A stretch of 64,000 nucleotides of DNA from Lama guanicoe. Its lineage: Eukaryota. Location: assembly GCA_013239625.1 (NCBI GenBank), contig MU054187.1:12441325-12505324 (forward strand), read 5' to 3'. The translations under genes were made by a program, and so were the position numbers. A model generated the notes under the pieces. It searched no databases. It was not told the DNA's origin and saw only the letters and a program-made list of their open reading frames with translations. This document shows positions 1 through 14,279 of this stretch, one piece after another; position 1 is the stretch's first letter, and every line of letters begins with the position of its first letter.

Positions 1-1697
1 AATTAATTGATAAAAATTATCTTAGAACAAAAAAAGAAGAATGCACATATATACAAAATTTTTAAAATAGTTTTAGGAATTTCAAGGAACATGGGCTATG
101 TGGAAGTTTTTGCAAATTTCATTATTAAGTATGAAGTTGGTTATGGTTTTAAGATAATTTTTTAAAACCATATTAATAAAGATTACTTATAGTGCTCATT
201 TAGAAATAAGTAAAAAATGAATTTCATCAAATACCTTTTTATCATCAATCAACATATTTAAATATTCTCTCTCTTTAGTCTTGCTGGTGCTGAATTATAT
301 TAATATGCTTATCAATATCAAACTATTCTTGCATTCCTGGAATAAATTTCAGATGAATTTGATATATGTGAATTTTTCAATATTCTATCAGATTTGACTT
401 ACTGCTGTTACATTTATGACTTGGCATTTGAATTTACTAAATGAATTATAATGCATGGTTGAAATATTTTTAAATAAAAAGAATTATAATAAAAATTATT
501 TGTTGGTTAAACCTCAATTGGCAAGAAAATACTATCAGTCAAACATCTCTTTCTAAGCATTCTGGTAAGCATTAAAGAATCAGAAGTTCAGAAAATTAAA
601 GAGCTAAAAAGAGCAGCTGATCCAAAACTCATTTTACAGATTACGAAGGCAGTTGCTCAGAGAGGTTAAGTGACTTATGCAAGATCACACTGCTACTGGC
701 AGCATTGGTTGTATAAACAAGATATATAAGCAAGTTGTTGAGGCTGAAAGAGAAAATAGGGGAAAGACTTATCTCATTTCCGGTGGAACATTACTTTAAT
801 TCTATGGGAGAGTGAAAAGAATGACTAGATTTGTTTCTGAAACAGTGAAGATTTCACAAAGAAATGGCATAAGCATTATAATAAAGACATGACTGTCATC
901 TTCAAGAGATTAAAAACATGACTGGGCTTGATCGTCCCATATCTTTCAGTTCCAGCCCTCTCACTATCTCTGTATGTGTCCTTGGACAGTTCTCCCCAAC
1001 ACACACCAGGGAAGAATTCCTGCCACGAATACACTAAATGCATTACCAACAGGGATGAGGGAAACACAGAACAAGTGAAAGAAGCTTTGAGGACAGACAT
1101 TTCAGAAAGTCTCTGAATTTTAAAACTGTCTAGAACTATACCAACACATATGTAGGACCCAGACAATGTAGGGGCTTCGCTTGCTTGCCGTTTGTGCCAG
1201 TTCACGCTGCTCGTCTGTTAAGGTCTGAAACAGGGTCCTATGAATCCTGGTCAGCTTTCTTCTGAACCTGTCCACCCACCTGTTCCCTCCCTTTAACCTC
1301 TTTAGCCCAGCATCAGCTGGAGCCTTGCAGAGCTGCACAACACCAGGCCTGGTGCCCAGCCCAGTACCTGACTTCACGCGTGGCTGACAGCTGACTTTCG
1401 AGGGCTGTAACGATAGGACTGAAACATCTGCTTTGTTTGGATAAGCCAGCGAGAAACTCAGCCAAACTGTTTGTTTGGTGTCATATAGCAAGACAATCAG
1501 TTAGATGACTGATTTTTTCTCCTGACTGCTGTGTTGACACTGCCTCAGATGGTAATCTGATGGTACATTTTATTGAAGCCTTGCTACAAAGAGCACCCTT
1601 AAAAATTTTTTTAACCATTAAGGGGCTGTTATAGTCACTATTTATTTGTATCTCCAAACACTCTGCAGCAGATAAAGCAGTTAATATTATCCTAATT

Positions 1698-1901
1698 AAA
1701 AAAAAATTGAAGTATAGTTGATTTACCAGGTTGTGTTAGTTTCAGGTGTACAGCACAGTGATTCAGTTATATGTTTATATATACATTCTTTTTCATATTC
1801 TTTTTCACTACAGGTTATTACAAGATACTGGATATAGTTCCCTGTGCTGTACAGCAGGACCTTGTTGTTTATCTAGTTTATATATAGAAAGTTGTATCTG
1901 C
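1698..1901 (-). mobile_element. Short L1 3' end with imperfect TSD
   Basis: L1 3'UTR motif; flanks aatattatcctaatt (1683-1697) and aatattacccaaatt (1902-1916). Confidence 0.75.
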
Positions 1902-2369
1902 AATATTACCCAAATTTAATAAAAGATAAAGCTGAAGCCAGGGGGACTTGATTGCTTTGCTCCAGGTCTCATAGCTTTTTAGTGGTGAAGCTAGACCCCG
2001 ACGGAACCCCCAGGCACCCTGACTTTACCTGCCCATCTCTCTTGCAGTGTAACACTGTCCCCATTTCATTAGCATTTCTTTTCTAAAAATGTATACTTTC
2101 TGGAAAGAAAGTTGTTTATCTTAGGGTTTTACACTGTTAAATACTTCCAAGCATCTGTGAACTACAAAGCATCCAGTAAATAAATGTAATGTCAGTTGTA
2201 AAAACATTTTGATGAGGAAACTTATTTACATATATTTTGGAGGAGCACTGAATACAGTTGGAATCGATTTTGAAAATAATTTGATGGATATATGGAATGT
2301 CTTAAATATTAATATATTAAATTAATATTTATATATTAATATATTGAAACAAAACTCGGAATTTAGGAC

Positions 2370-2780
2370 ATTAAAAATTTTTTTTCATCATGGGAATTTT
2401 AAACATATAGAAAAGTAGAGAGGAGTATAATGAACCCATCACCCTTCTTCAGTGGTTGTCATCTATGGTCAGTCTTCCTTACCCCAAACCTCTACTGCCC
2501 CAACCCCTTCCTTGGATTATTTTAAAATAAATCCCAGACATTATATCATTTCATCCATAATATTTCACTATGTATCTCTAAAACAGAAGGGGCCTTTTTC
2601 TTAAATCATAATATTATTACACTTTTTAAAAGTTATCAGTAATTTCTTAATATCATCTAATATCCAGTTAAGTGCTCAGATTTTTCTGATTGCCCCTCAA
2701 ATGTCCTTTTCAGTAGGTTTGTTAAAATCAGGATTCAAACAAGATTCAAATCTTTGTATGTCTTTTAATCTAATTTCTGT
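2370..2780 (-). mobile_element. Old L1ME-like 3' fragment
   Basis: aaagtagagaggagtataatgaacccatcaccc...aaatcccagacattatatcatttcatcc motif. Confidence 0.6.
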
Positions 2781-4839
2781 CAAGAGAAATATTTAAGTAA
2801 CTGCTCCTGGAAAAATTATCTGGCATTCGAGGATGTAGTTACATCTATGTATACCATCCTTGATTTATTCTAAGGCAGAATTAATGGTAAGACATGTTAT
2901 TATTGTAGGTATCACTTAGAAATTTAAAATGCTGACAGTTGTAATCGTAAGATGCCACTAATTATAAGATATATTCCAATTTCAGAGATATATAAATGAG
3001 AGAAATATGTCTTAAAATCAATGAAATCTAGCACTTGGAATACAGAGAGTTCACATGCCATTTTTTAATTTCAAGATGGGGTGTGGGGAAGGCACATGGC
3101 ATGTGCAAAAACCACTCTGAGGTGAGAGTGGTTCACTTCTATCCCAGAGCAGAGGCAGAGTGAAGAGTGATTTCTGTCCCTTGTCTCATGGCTTATCTTC
3201 CTGAACTCCTCTCTCCTCTGTGTGCTTTGATTTCAAGTTTGGCATAGAACCCGAATTTCTTAGAGTGTTTAATATCACAGTTAATGCGCATCAGTACATT
3301 AACTTGTGACACAAATTATGGTCTCTGAGAAGTCAGTGAAATGCTTATTCTTTTGATTGCACTGACTTGAGGACGTTATGTGAGCCCAATTTGAAAAATA
3401 CATATTCATAATCTTTGGTCTTCAAAATGCTGTGCAGAGTGCAGGTACAGAAATCTTTTCTTCTTGATCCGTGACAACGGGTGATGATATTCTTTCCATC
3501 AGCTGGATGACACAGGGAGGAAAAGGAGGCTAGGCCAAAGAATTTAGCCTCAAACCTGGTAGTTTTGGTTTTTTCATCTTAGAGATGTTGACGTCACAGA
3601 TTAGTTCCTGATAAGATGAGTGGCCACTTCAAAGACTTTCAACCTGTTCTCTTCTTATTAACATTAAGTCTCTTGATAAGGAAGGCCTGGGAGAGTAGGA
3701 AGGTATATAATTGTAGCTCTGGTCGAAGTATCTCTGAAAACCGGCTCTAAACTTTTTTGCCTCAGGTCACGGGCAATTTTTGAAAGGCAAAACCTTTGAT
3801 TTCTCCCTGGAGAGATTCCAACTCAAGGCTAAAGAATTTTGCTTCTAGCTATCTGTGCTTATAAGAAGAATCTAGGTTGTTTATTTACCAGATCTGAAGT
3901 TGCCCAAAGGCAATTTACTCCTAAGGCTCTTGGAAACCTGGGATGTAGAAAGTTTTTTTAAAGGAGAAATGCATTGCCCAATTCTTTGTTGTATACGTGC
4001 CCTCTGAAGTCCAGAAATGGGTTTGTTCTAGAGTTAACTTTCTAAGGAGCCAGAAATTTCTAACACAAAGAATGTAAAACCTGGGTTTCCGGTAAATTTG
4101 CAATTTACTGTTGTTCTGTTTCTGCCTTGATTGTTGAAAAGAATAAAATCTTTGAATTTTGTCATAGGGACTTTGATCCAGCAAATTATGAATCAGCATT
4201 TCCTTTTCACCATTTGTGACAAGTTTCAATGATAGTGTATTTGAAATGTATTTGGGATGCTGCCCCAAACTTACCTATTTTTCACAAGTGGCAAAAGAGG
4301 AAGAAGACTTAATGGTAGTTTGTTGTTTTCAGTAGCCTGGTAACCTGAGAATTTACACTAGCTACTTTGAGGTTGATCCGTGTTACTAACCAGTGAAAAT
4401 TGATGGTTAAGGGGAAAGAAAAATCAAAGATAATGCAAATAAAGCTCAATGAATACATGGGAATTGGGAGCACTGGAAATTTGAAAATAAGTACTCTTAG
4501 CTGGAAATAAATTTAAAAAGGGAGAATTATAATGTTCAAAAGTAGAACAAGTATAATGGTGGATACATTTTCTTAGTAAAGTTGACAATAAACACTATTC
4601 TTTGTCATAATAGTAAAATAAAGGTTCTGATCTTACATCGTTAATTAAAATTAAAAAGAAAAAATTCAAACCCCATGTATCCTTTTTTTCTCTTTCAGTG
4701 CCTATAATGAGCCCAGACATAGTCATCGTTTCAATGGGATCCTGAAGAATTGCTTGAAGAAAAATTATGTTCATATCCTTCTGTTTGTTCTGCCTATAAA
4801 TTTTCATAGATCTATGAACCTACAAGTGAACTTCTTTTT

Positions 4840-5680
4840 CAATAAATGTTTTATTGAAGTATTATATCTACAGAAAAATTCAGCCAAATAAATTTTGTAA
4901 AGTGAACATACCCACAGAACCACCACTCAGTTCAGTAGACCACAACTAACACCATAGAAAGCTGCCTGGTCCCACCAATCAGTCATTCCTCACTCCAGAG
5001 CTAACTACTACTCTGACTTCTTTCACCATAGTTTTGCCTGGTTTTGATCTTTGTAAAAATGTAACCAAAAGTATGTCCTCTTTTGAATCTGATTTTCATT
5101 CAACATTAATGTTTGTGAAAATGTCATAGTGTTGCATGTAGCAGTCAATTGTTCATCCTCATTGCTGCATAGTATTCCATAGTATGAAAATACAATGGTA
5201 TGTGTATTCATTCATAATACATCTCTCCATTGTATATTGACTAATATTTGAATTGTTTTGAGTTTTGAGCTATTATGAATAGTCCTGCTGTGAACTCTTG
5301 CGTGTATGACTCTTGGTGCACATATCTATAAGTTTTCCTTGGCTTCATATATATTGATATGATTCTTTGGTTGAATATTTGCATTACAAATATCTTTTCC
5401 CACTTGGTCATTTTCCTTTTCACCCTTTTCATGTCTTTTGATGAACAGATCTTATTTTAATATAGTCCAACTTACAGATCTTTATGGTTAGTACTTATTA
5501 ATGTCCTGTTTAAGAAATTATTGCCTACCTCAAGCTCATGAAAATATTCTCATATGTCTTCTTTCTAGGAGTATTATTGTTTTATATTTGGAATTAAAAT
5601 TCATCTGCTATTAATTTTGTGTATGGTGACATAAGATTTTTTCACTTTTCCACTTTTTTTCCCGGATGGATATCATATAA
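4840..5680 (-). mobile_element. Old L1ME/MD-like fragments
   Basis: Minus-strand ORF KRVKRKMTKWEKIF resembles the ORF2 C-terminus; L1 3'UTR-like sequence. Confidence 0.7.
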
Positions 5681-7959
5681 TTAGTAATATAATTAAGACC
5701 AAAAAAACCTTCACAACCTTACGTTTTACTAATTATTCTTATAGGAGATCTGATAGGACCTATTATCTCCTTTCAGTTTACTGTAAAATGGGGATGACAA
5801 TGGTATGTACCACGGGTTGTTGCTGGGAGATGAAATCAGTATACATAAAGTGCTTTAACAGCGCCTGGTAGATAGCAAGCATTTTATAAACATTAGCCAC
5901 TATTAGGTATTTTTCTTTTTACAGGTGAAGAAAACAAGGTCGGGCAAGGGCAAGTGACAACCAGTGGTAGACTTGGTCCTGAAAATGAGATATCCTGACT
6001 CTTGCCTCCTGCCTCTTTCCCTTACATCCTTTTGCTTCAAGAGAGGATTCAGTAGCCTTTTAATAGTTCATCAGTACGTTTCTTCATCATATGAGAGGTT
6101 TTCAAAAGGTTGTAAAAGAATGCTTACAAACTGTACTGACTGGAAAGGCTCTTCTATAGATAATTTTAAGTAGTCAGTGTATTTAGCGTACATGCTTTGT
6201 ATGTCTCAGAATAGCAGAATTATTTGACAAAGAATTTTTTGTCAAGTTTGTTCCTACATAGACTCTTCTTACAAGTTAAGACAACCACATCACTCATGGC
6301 TGCCATGCAAAGAATCTCGTCTTCAATCAGCTCATTAAGGTACCTTTGTAAAGATAGTGTTTTTTTAAAGGCACTTTGCCAGCTCCCTCAAACATAACTT
6401 TGCAAATGGACAGCAAGAAAAACATGGCAAATCACTTCCATATGGCTCAAGGCAATGAGAAATACTTTTGATTAATAACACATTTAGTACAGTAAAATAA
6501 CCTCCAAATCTGCTAGAGAGACACTAACTTATCTACCGTAACTGTTTTCTGTTTGGTTTTTTTCATTGTTTTGACTCTTGAAAAACCCTCCTAAACTCCC
6601 AGTTGATTCATTTTTAAACAACAGCCTCTTCCAAGATCATCACCTGTTCGTATTTGTCAGCCCTATCAAGCAAATAGCTGGTCTTAAACTTATTTTAGAA
6701 ACAGCTGCTTTAAACATAGGCTTCCGTATTCAAGGGATGTTTTTTACAGATTCATCAGCTGATAAAATCATTAACATGTTATCTGCATATGCAAGTACTA
6801 GTCTGAACATCTAAACTACTTCCTTCCACACCTGTCTAAATGGTAAACCGAGCAAGTTAGTTCACATCATAAATTCCCATCAAAGGGTTTTAATTAATAC
6901 ATAAAGGACCAAATGGGCATCCTAGCCTTAATGTTTTCGTTATCTGGATCTTTCCATTCCTCCCAGACAGAAACTAATCACATCATTTTCACACTCTTGA
7001 CAAATTGCAAAGGTATGACCTAAGCCTATGCAACTTTAAACAACTTGTCCTCTCCCATGAAGAGCTATGTTTTCCTTTTTCAAATGAAATAGGATAAAAA
7101 TCCAACTGTCTTTTATTCTGTATGCTTTACAGTTTCTCTTGGTATAACTAAACCATCTGCCACCTCTGTCCCTAATGCCTGGAATGAATCAAATCATCTT
7201 CCTTGCAAGCATTGTTAATCTCACAGTAATCCCTACTAATCACTTTGTAATCAGCACTCAAAGGGGCTGAAGGTCCCTGATTCTTAATCACGATATTTTA
7301 ATCATCATTCTTGTGAGATGGCAGTTAGTAATCCCTGAATCTTGGGCTTATTTCTTCCCAATTTCCTAATTACTCCCTAGAACAAAGAACAGAAGCTCTC
7401 TAGACGATCTTTCTGGCTGGAACTGGTTGGGGAGAACATGACAGTCCCAGGGTGGTGTTTCTGATGACTGACTATTATTTTCAATTTTGGATACTGAAGA
7501 CAGCTCCTTATTTTTGTTTTACTTCCTTATTTTCCTGTTTTATTTCCTTATGCTTTTCCTTAATCTCCTTTTTCCTTTATTGCACTTTTTCCTTAGTAAA
7601 ATTTTGCATGAGTAACAATTTGTTTTTCCTCTTTGCCTCCTTAAAATACTTTGGTTTCTGGTTTGTATAACTGCCTTTTTCATTCTTTCTCAAGTTGGGA
7701 ACATTTCCCTCTATTCTTAGTTTGCTGAGAGCTTTTATCATGAATCAGTACTGGATTTGATCAAATGATTTTTATACATCTATCCATATGATCATATGAT
7801 TTTTTTTGGACTGTTGATGTGATGCATTACATTAATTTTTATCTCTTTATATTCTTAAGGTACAATATACTTATTCTTTTTTTTCCATTTTTTAGTACTT
7901 TATTATTATTATTATTATCTGGTCTATTTTTCCTTCCAGCTCTTTCAGTTTTTAAAAAA

Positions 7960-8214
7960 ATTTTTTTTTATTGAAGTGCAGTTGATTTACAATGTTAGTT
8001 TCAGGTGTATAGCAAAGAAATTCAGTTATACGTATACATACGTATAGTTTTCTCTCAGATTCTTTTCCACTGTATGTTATTACAAGAAATTGAATATAGT
8101 TCCCTGTGCTTTCTTACTCTTTTATATAACTTTATGATTTATTATTTTTTCTTTCTAATTTTTTTCCCCTGGGAGGGACAGAAGAAACTCATGACATATA
8201 TGTGTATGTATGTA

Positions 8215-8246
<32 letters not shown>

Positions 8247-8572
8247 ATTATTTTGTAAAATATATTTTTTTGCTGAAAATAAAGTGACTTTTTTTTCTTT
8301 TATTGAAGTGTAGTCAGTTCATAATGTTATATTAATTTCTGGTGTACAGCATAATGTTTCAGTCATACATATACATACATATATTTCTTTTCATATTCTT
8401 TTTCAGGTTACTAAAAGATTTTGAATATGGCTCCCTGTGCTATATAGTATAAACTTGCTGTTTATCTTTTTTATATTTAGTAGTTAGCATCTGAAAATCT
8501 TGAACTCCCAATTTATCCCTTCCCACTCCCTTCGCCCCTGATAAACATGTTTGTTTTCTATATCTCTGAGTT
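7960..8572 (-). mobile_element. Two young L1 3' ends (~7960-8110 and ~8200-8572)
   Basis: L1 3'UTR motif occurs twice; second copy flanked by atgacatat (8191-8199 and 8573-8581). Confidence 0.75.
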
Positions 8573-9404
8573 ATGACATATTTTAGAGGTTTGCTGTCTT
8601 GTTAAATAATTGCCTGTTCTTTTCTCTCCATTCTTAATTTTTTCTCCATCACCAGTTTAAGATTATGCATTATTTTCTCATCTCACAGTGTCTTTCGTGG
8701 CCATGTTTATATAACATATCATAAAATCTATTTTTATTCTTAAAATTCATTCATTTGATTTATTAAAAAAATATAATTGAGAGCTACTATGTGCCAGGAA
8801 CAAAGCAGAAACTCATTCCCTACTTAGCAGGACACTCTACGTCAGCTAAATACCTCTGGCCTAGAATCTAAGTCTAAATTCTTGATCTTTAAGTAAACAA
8901 TTGAGAAATGGGTCTTTCCCCTTGGTTACTTAAATAGTAAAATTGATCACGAGAGAGTTGGGAGCTCCCTTTATGATCTCCTCTTCCGGAGTCCCATCCT
9001 CTAGTGCATTTGTGAATTTATCAAGTGTAGATTTGATAACTCAGTGTGTTCTAAGTGCGTTTGAAGGGAATGGGCCTAGAGAGTGAAGGAAGAAAAGACC
9101 TGAGAAATCTTGTCTCTAAACTTCTAGATTAGAGGTAATGACCTCATAATCGGTCTGTGCTTTCTGTCTCTCTCCGCTCCCATCAGAGTGATCTTCCTCA
9201 AACATAGCACTGGCGTTTGATTTTTTTTTGTTTTCTGTTTTTAAACAATTCAACAGTTTTTCCTATGTCCACAGAATTGTGCAATCATCACCACAAACAA
9301 TTTTAGAACATATTTATCATCCCCCAAATAAACCTGTATCCCTTAAATGTTACATCCCAATCCTCCCATCTCTCCATCCAGCCCCAGGCAACTGCAAATC
9401 TTTC

Positions 9405-9712
9405 TTTTTTTTTTTTTTTTTTTTGACTTTTGTGTATGTGTATGTATGTAGGTATACATATATATATACACACACATACACATATACATATATATTTAAT
9501 TGAAGTATAGTCAGTTTACAATGTTGTGTCAATTTCTGGTGTACAACATAATGCTTCAGTCATTTATTAACATACATATATCGTTTTCATATTCTTTTTC
9601 ACCATAAGTTACTACAAGATATTGAATATAGTTCTCTGCACTATACAGCATGAACTTGTTGTTTATCTATTCGATACATACATCAGCTCATATCTGCAAA
9701 TCTCTAACTCCC
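9405..9712 (-). mobile_element. Young L1 3' end with (TA/CA)n tract and poly(A), fused to U6
   Basis: Same L1 3'UTR as copies at ~1700-1900 and ~8290-8570 (tgaagtatagtcagtttacaatgttgtg...); poly-T at 9405-9424. Confidence 0.85.
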
Positions 9713-9809
9713 AAAAATATGGAACGCTTCACAAATTTGCATATCATCCTTGTGCCGGGGCCATGCTAATCTCCTCTGTATTGTTCCACTGTGCTGCCGA
9801 AGCGAGCAC
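9713..9809 (-). pseudogene. U6 snRNA retropseudogene, 5' part of a U6/L1 chimera
   Basis: Minus strand reads GTGCTCGCTTCGGCAGCACA...ACAGAGGAGATTAGCATGGCCCC...GAAGCGTTCCATATTTTT; ~10-nt internal deletion, CpG transitions, ACAGAGA box altered. Confidence 0.95.
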
Positions 9810-12800
9810 GCAAATCTGCTTTCTGTCTCTGTAGACTTCCCTGTTCTGGATATTTCATGTAAATGGAATCATAGACTATGTGGTCTTTTGTGGCTGGCTT
9901 CTTGCCCTCAGCAGATTGCTCTCAAGGGTCATCCATGTTGTAGGATGTAGAGATACTACATTTTGTTTATCCATTCATCAGTTGGTGGACATTTGGATTG
10001 TTTCTGCCTTTTGACTATTATGACTATTGCTATATATACACTCATTTACAAGTTTTTGCATGAATGTATGTTTTCATTTCTCTTGGGCACAAACTTATGG
10101 ATGGAATTGCTAAGTCATAATATAACTCTATGTTTAACTCTTTAAGGAATTGCCACACTGTTTTCCAAAATGGCTGCAGTATTTTACATTCCCACCAGAT
10201 CACATGGGGGTTCCAATTTCTGCACATTCTCACCAACACTTGTTACTGTCTTTTTCTGTTATAGCTAACTTAGTGGGTGTACAGATATCCCTGGCAGTTT
10301 TGATTTGCATTTCCCTTATGACTAGTGATGTTGAGCATCTTTTCATGTGTTTATTGGCAATCTATATATCTTCTTTGGAGATATGTCTAATCAGATTTTT
10401 GACCATTTTTTAATTGGGTTATTTGTTTGCCATTGACTAAAGTATTATATATCCTAGATACAGGTCCCTTATCACATGTATGATCTACAAATATTTTTTC
10501 CCATTCTTTGATTTGTTTATTCACTTTCTATTGGTGTCCTTTGAAGTATAAGAGTTACTAATTCTGAGGAAGTCCAATTTATCTTTTTTTTCCCTTTGAT
10601 TATTTGTATTTTGGTGTCATATCTAAGAAACCATTGCCAAATCCAATATAAGAAGACTTACCGTTATGTTTTCTTGTAAGTTTATAGGTTAAGTTCTTAC
10701 ATTTAGGTCATTGATTCATTTTGAGTTAATTTTTGTGTATGGTGTAAGGTAGAGGTCCAGCTTCATTCTTTTGTATGTAGACAATCCAATTGTCCCAGTA
10801 CCATTTGTTGAAAAGATTAATCTTTCTGTTTCAATGTTTTGGCAACTTTGTCAAAAAGCAATTGACAATAAATGTGAGAGTTTATGTTGGATTCTCCATT
10901 CTATTTGATTGAGATAGATATATAGATTGATAGATAGATAATATATATACACACACATATGTATATATTTATGTGTGTTTGTGTGTGTGTATTTATCCCT
11001 ACATGAGTATCGTAGTCTTGATTATTTGTAACTTAATAGTAAGTTTTGAAATTGGAAAATGTGAGTCCTCCAACTTTGTTCTTCTTTTCAAGATTGTTTT
11101 GGCTATTTTTGAGCCTTTAAATTTCCATATGAATTTTAGGATCAGCTTATTAATTTTTACAAAGAATCCACTTGAGATTCTGACAGGAATTGCATTGAAT
11201 CTGTGGGTTGATTTGTGAGTATTGCCATCTTAACAGTATTAAGTCTTCTGATCCATCAATATGCAATGTCTTTCCATTTATTTAGATCATCTTTAACTTC
11301 TTTCAATGAATTTTGTAGTTTTCAAAGTATATGTTCTGCACTTCTCTTGTTAAATTTATTCTTACATATTTGATTCTTTTTGATACTATGATAAGTGGAA
11401 TTTCTTAATTTCATATTTGGATCATTCATTGATTAAAAATATAATTAATTTTGCATAGTGATCTTATATCGTACAACCTTGCTGTACTTTTTAATTGGTT
11501 TTAATGGGGTTTTCTAAAATGTGGATTCCTTACGATTTTCAGTATACAAGATCATGTCATCTACAATTAGAGATAGTTTTACTTGTTTTCTAATTGAGAT
11601 GACTTTTATTTCTTTTTCTTGCCTAATTGCCCTGGATAGAACTTTTAGTACAATGTTGAACAGAACTGGTGAGAGCAAACGTCCCTGTCTTGTTCTGACC
11701 TTAAGGGAAAAGAACAGGAAGTATGATATTAGCTATGGGTTTTTCTAGATGGCTTTCATCAGGTTGAGGAAGTTAGCTTCACTTCCTAGTTTGCTGAATT
11801 TTTTTCTCATGAGGGTTGTTTTTTTCCCAATGCTTATTTTGCATTTACTGAGATGTTTACATGGTTATTGTTTTTTCCTATTGATATGGTGACATTACTG
11901 GATTTTTTTCTAAATGTTCAATCAACCTTGCATTCCTGGTATAACTTCCACTTGGTCATGTATGATAATCCTTTTATATGATGCTGGACTTGGTTTTTAA
12001 ATTCTCTGTTGAAGATTTTTATATCTATAATTATAACTGATATGGGTCTATAATTTTCTTTTCTTGTGCTGTCTTTGCCTGGGTTTAGTGTCAGGGTAAT
12101 ACTGGTCTCATAGAACAAGTTGAGAAGTGCTCTCTGTCCTTCAAATTTTTAGAGGAATTCATGAAGAATTGGTATTAACTCTTCTGTAAATGTTTGGTAG
12201 AATCCACCCAGTGAAGTCAGGACTGATTTTTATTTAACCTTTCTGTTAAAACCCTTTAATGGTTACCAATTATTAATGAATTAGCTGCAAGAGCCCATTG
12301 TAACGTCACAGTAACATCACAATCTGCATTCCCAGCCCTATGCTCTACTGTTCCCAACTAGTATCCCACTGGCCGTACTGATAGGCACCTGGACCACAGA
12401 CTGTCCCACCTCTTGCCTTGACTTATGCTTCTCATGTACTCGTGTGTCTCATGAGTCAGACTACCATCCCTCCTTAAGACATCTCAAGACTACTTAAACC
12501 TTAAAACCTTGACTCTCCTGTTAAATTAGTTTGGATTTTTTTTTAAGACTCTTCCGACCAACTTCCTCTAATAGCCATTTAAAAAATCTCTACTGACCTT
12601 CACAGTATAGGACTTATTAAAAGTCTTCATAATCGATTTCTGCAACTAATTAACTTTAAAAGGCACCTTAATGGTGGAAGCCCCATTCCAGTTAAATTGG
12701 GACCTAATAGTCACTTTGCTAGTGACACATAACTGTCAAATGCTTTATGGAATCCGCTGTGAACAGTATTTCTCTGTGAGTTCCTTTTCCAATGTCCGAA

Positions 12801-13674
12801 TAATTAAAAAGAATTTTTGCTCGAGGAACTCATAATGAATGACTTCTCTGTGTTTCACCGTATTTCTGAGGAAAATTTGTCTTAAAAAATTGATTCAGGG
12901 CTGGAGGAGGCTTTGCATGCCTTTTTGCTGACTTTCCAAGTCTCAAAATAATAATCTTCACAGTAGGGAATACCAAAGAAGCTAATGGCAGAGTTACAAT
13001 GGTAATCATTTTCTGAAAACTATTTTGTCTTCCAATAGCTAAAATAAAGTTTTTCAGTATTTTAAAGCTGCGGTATAATTTTTTGTTAAGAAACTGTATT
13101 GCCTGAGCGAATGTAGTAATTTAATATATAACATTACTTTTCAAGTACATCTAAAGATTGCGTTTTCTTAATATAATTTTGAAATATTTATGAGAAAAAA
13201 ACATTAAAAAATCTCCTGTTTTGCCATATTTTGAGGGGATTACTACATGAGTGAGTTAAAATTTATGGCCAAGTAAATGCTGCACTAACACTGCTAATGT
13301 AGATCTGTTTCTCAAATTTCATTAAGATAAAACTTTAATTTAGTGAGGAGTGAGTTAAGAAGGAAACTCTTTAAGATAGTATTATCAACAAACACATGTC
13401 ATAGATCTATACTATTATGTAAATGTTGTGACTACAGCCATAACTTTAGCTGACTTCAACAGTATTGCCAGTTTTATCTCAACATTGGCTGGGGAGGTAT
13501 ATTGCTATTTCCTCTACCGTTATTATAAATCAAAAAATAATACGTGCTACATTCATTTACTGTCACTTACTGTATACTAAGTATGACGTCAGGCACTTAT
13601 GTTATCTGTACAAGGCATGATGTCAGGTACTTATCGCCTAACTCACAACAAACCAGCAAGGAAGGTATTTATAT

Positions 13675-14090
13675 TAGCTAAGACTAGGTTCAACTGTGAG
13701 TAACAGAAACCTAAAACAGCAACGTCTTAAACAAGGGAGAATTTTATTTCTCTCCCATAAAAGTCCAGAGGTAGGCAGTCTAGGTCTGGTTTCACAGTTC
13801 TGCTCCACAAAGTCCTTGGGGACCCAAACTCTTTCTCCCCGATAAGTGGTCCCTAGCTGCAAGGCCAACAGAGAGGAAAGGGCTGAAGGAAAAGAGGGGC
13901 AAAAGAAGCGCACTGGTTCCCGTAGGAAGATTCCTATGACATGACATTTCACTTAGAGCTCATTGGCCAGAACTTAGTCATGTAAACACACCTAGGTGGG
14001 TGGCATGTGCCCAGCTAAAGATTGGGAGATCTAAAACATGGAGAAAAGAAGATAAACTGGGGGCCAACTAGGTCCCTTCTCTGCCACAAT
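13675..14090. mobile_element. MaLR (MLT1-like) LTR
   Basis: ctcattggccagaacttagtcatg and gctgcaagg MLT1-type motifs. Confidence 0.65.
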
Positions 14091-14279
14091 TATTACTGGC
14101 CCTATTTTATAGATAAGAAATCTGAGCCTTAGAACTATTAACTTGTCCAAGTCATCTGGCTAATCCATGTTTCCAAGAAGACTTAAAACTAGATCTGCCT
14201 ATCTGAAAGTTCTGTGCTATTGGAGCAGGAGCGAAGGGGGTGTGGGATAAATTTTAGAAGCCTAGTAATATTGCCTTAA

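Larger units (their letters stand above)
9230..12225 (-). mobile_element. Old L1 (L1M-type) 3'UTR and degraded ORF2; host of the U6/L1 chimera
   Basis: Minus-strand ORF2-like peptides FYETSITLTLNPGKDSTRKENYRPIS and WECKILQPFWKTVWQFLKELNIEL. Confidence 0.9.

Noticed and set aside
9713..9809. Functional U6 snRNA gene
   Set aside because: Internal deletion, altered ACAGAGA box, L1 sequence upstream instead of a PSE/TATA promoter, and retroposition hallmarks
11918..12118. Active reverse transcriptase gene
   Set aside because: Short fragments of a decayed L1 ORF2 with many stops and frameshifts
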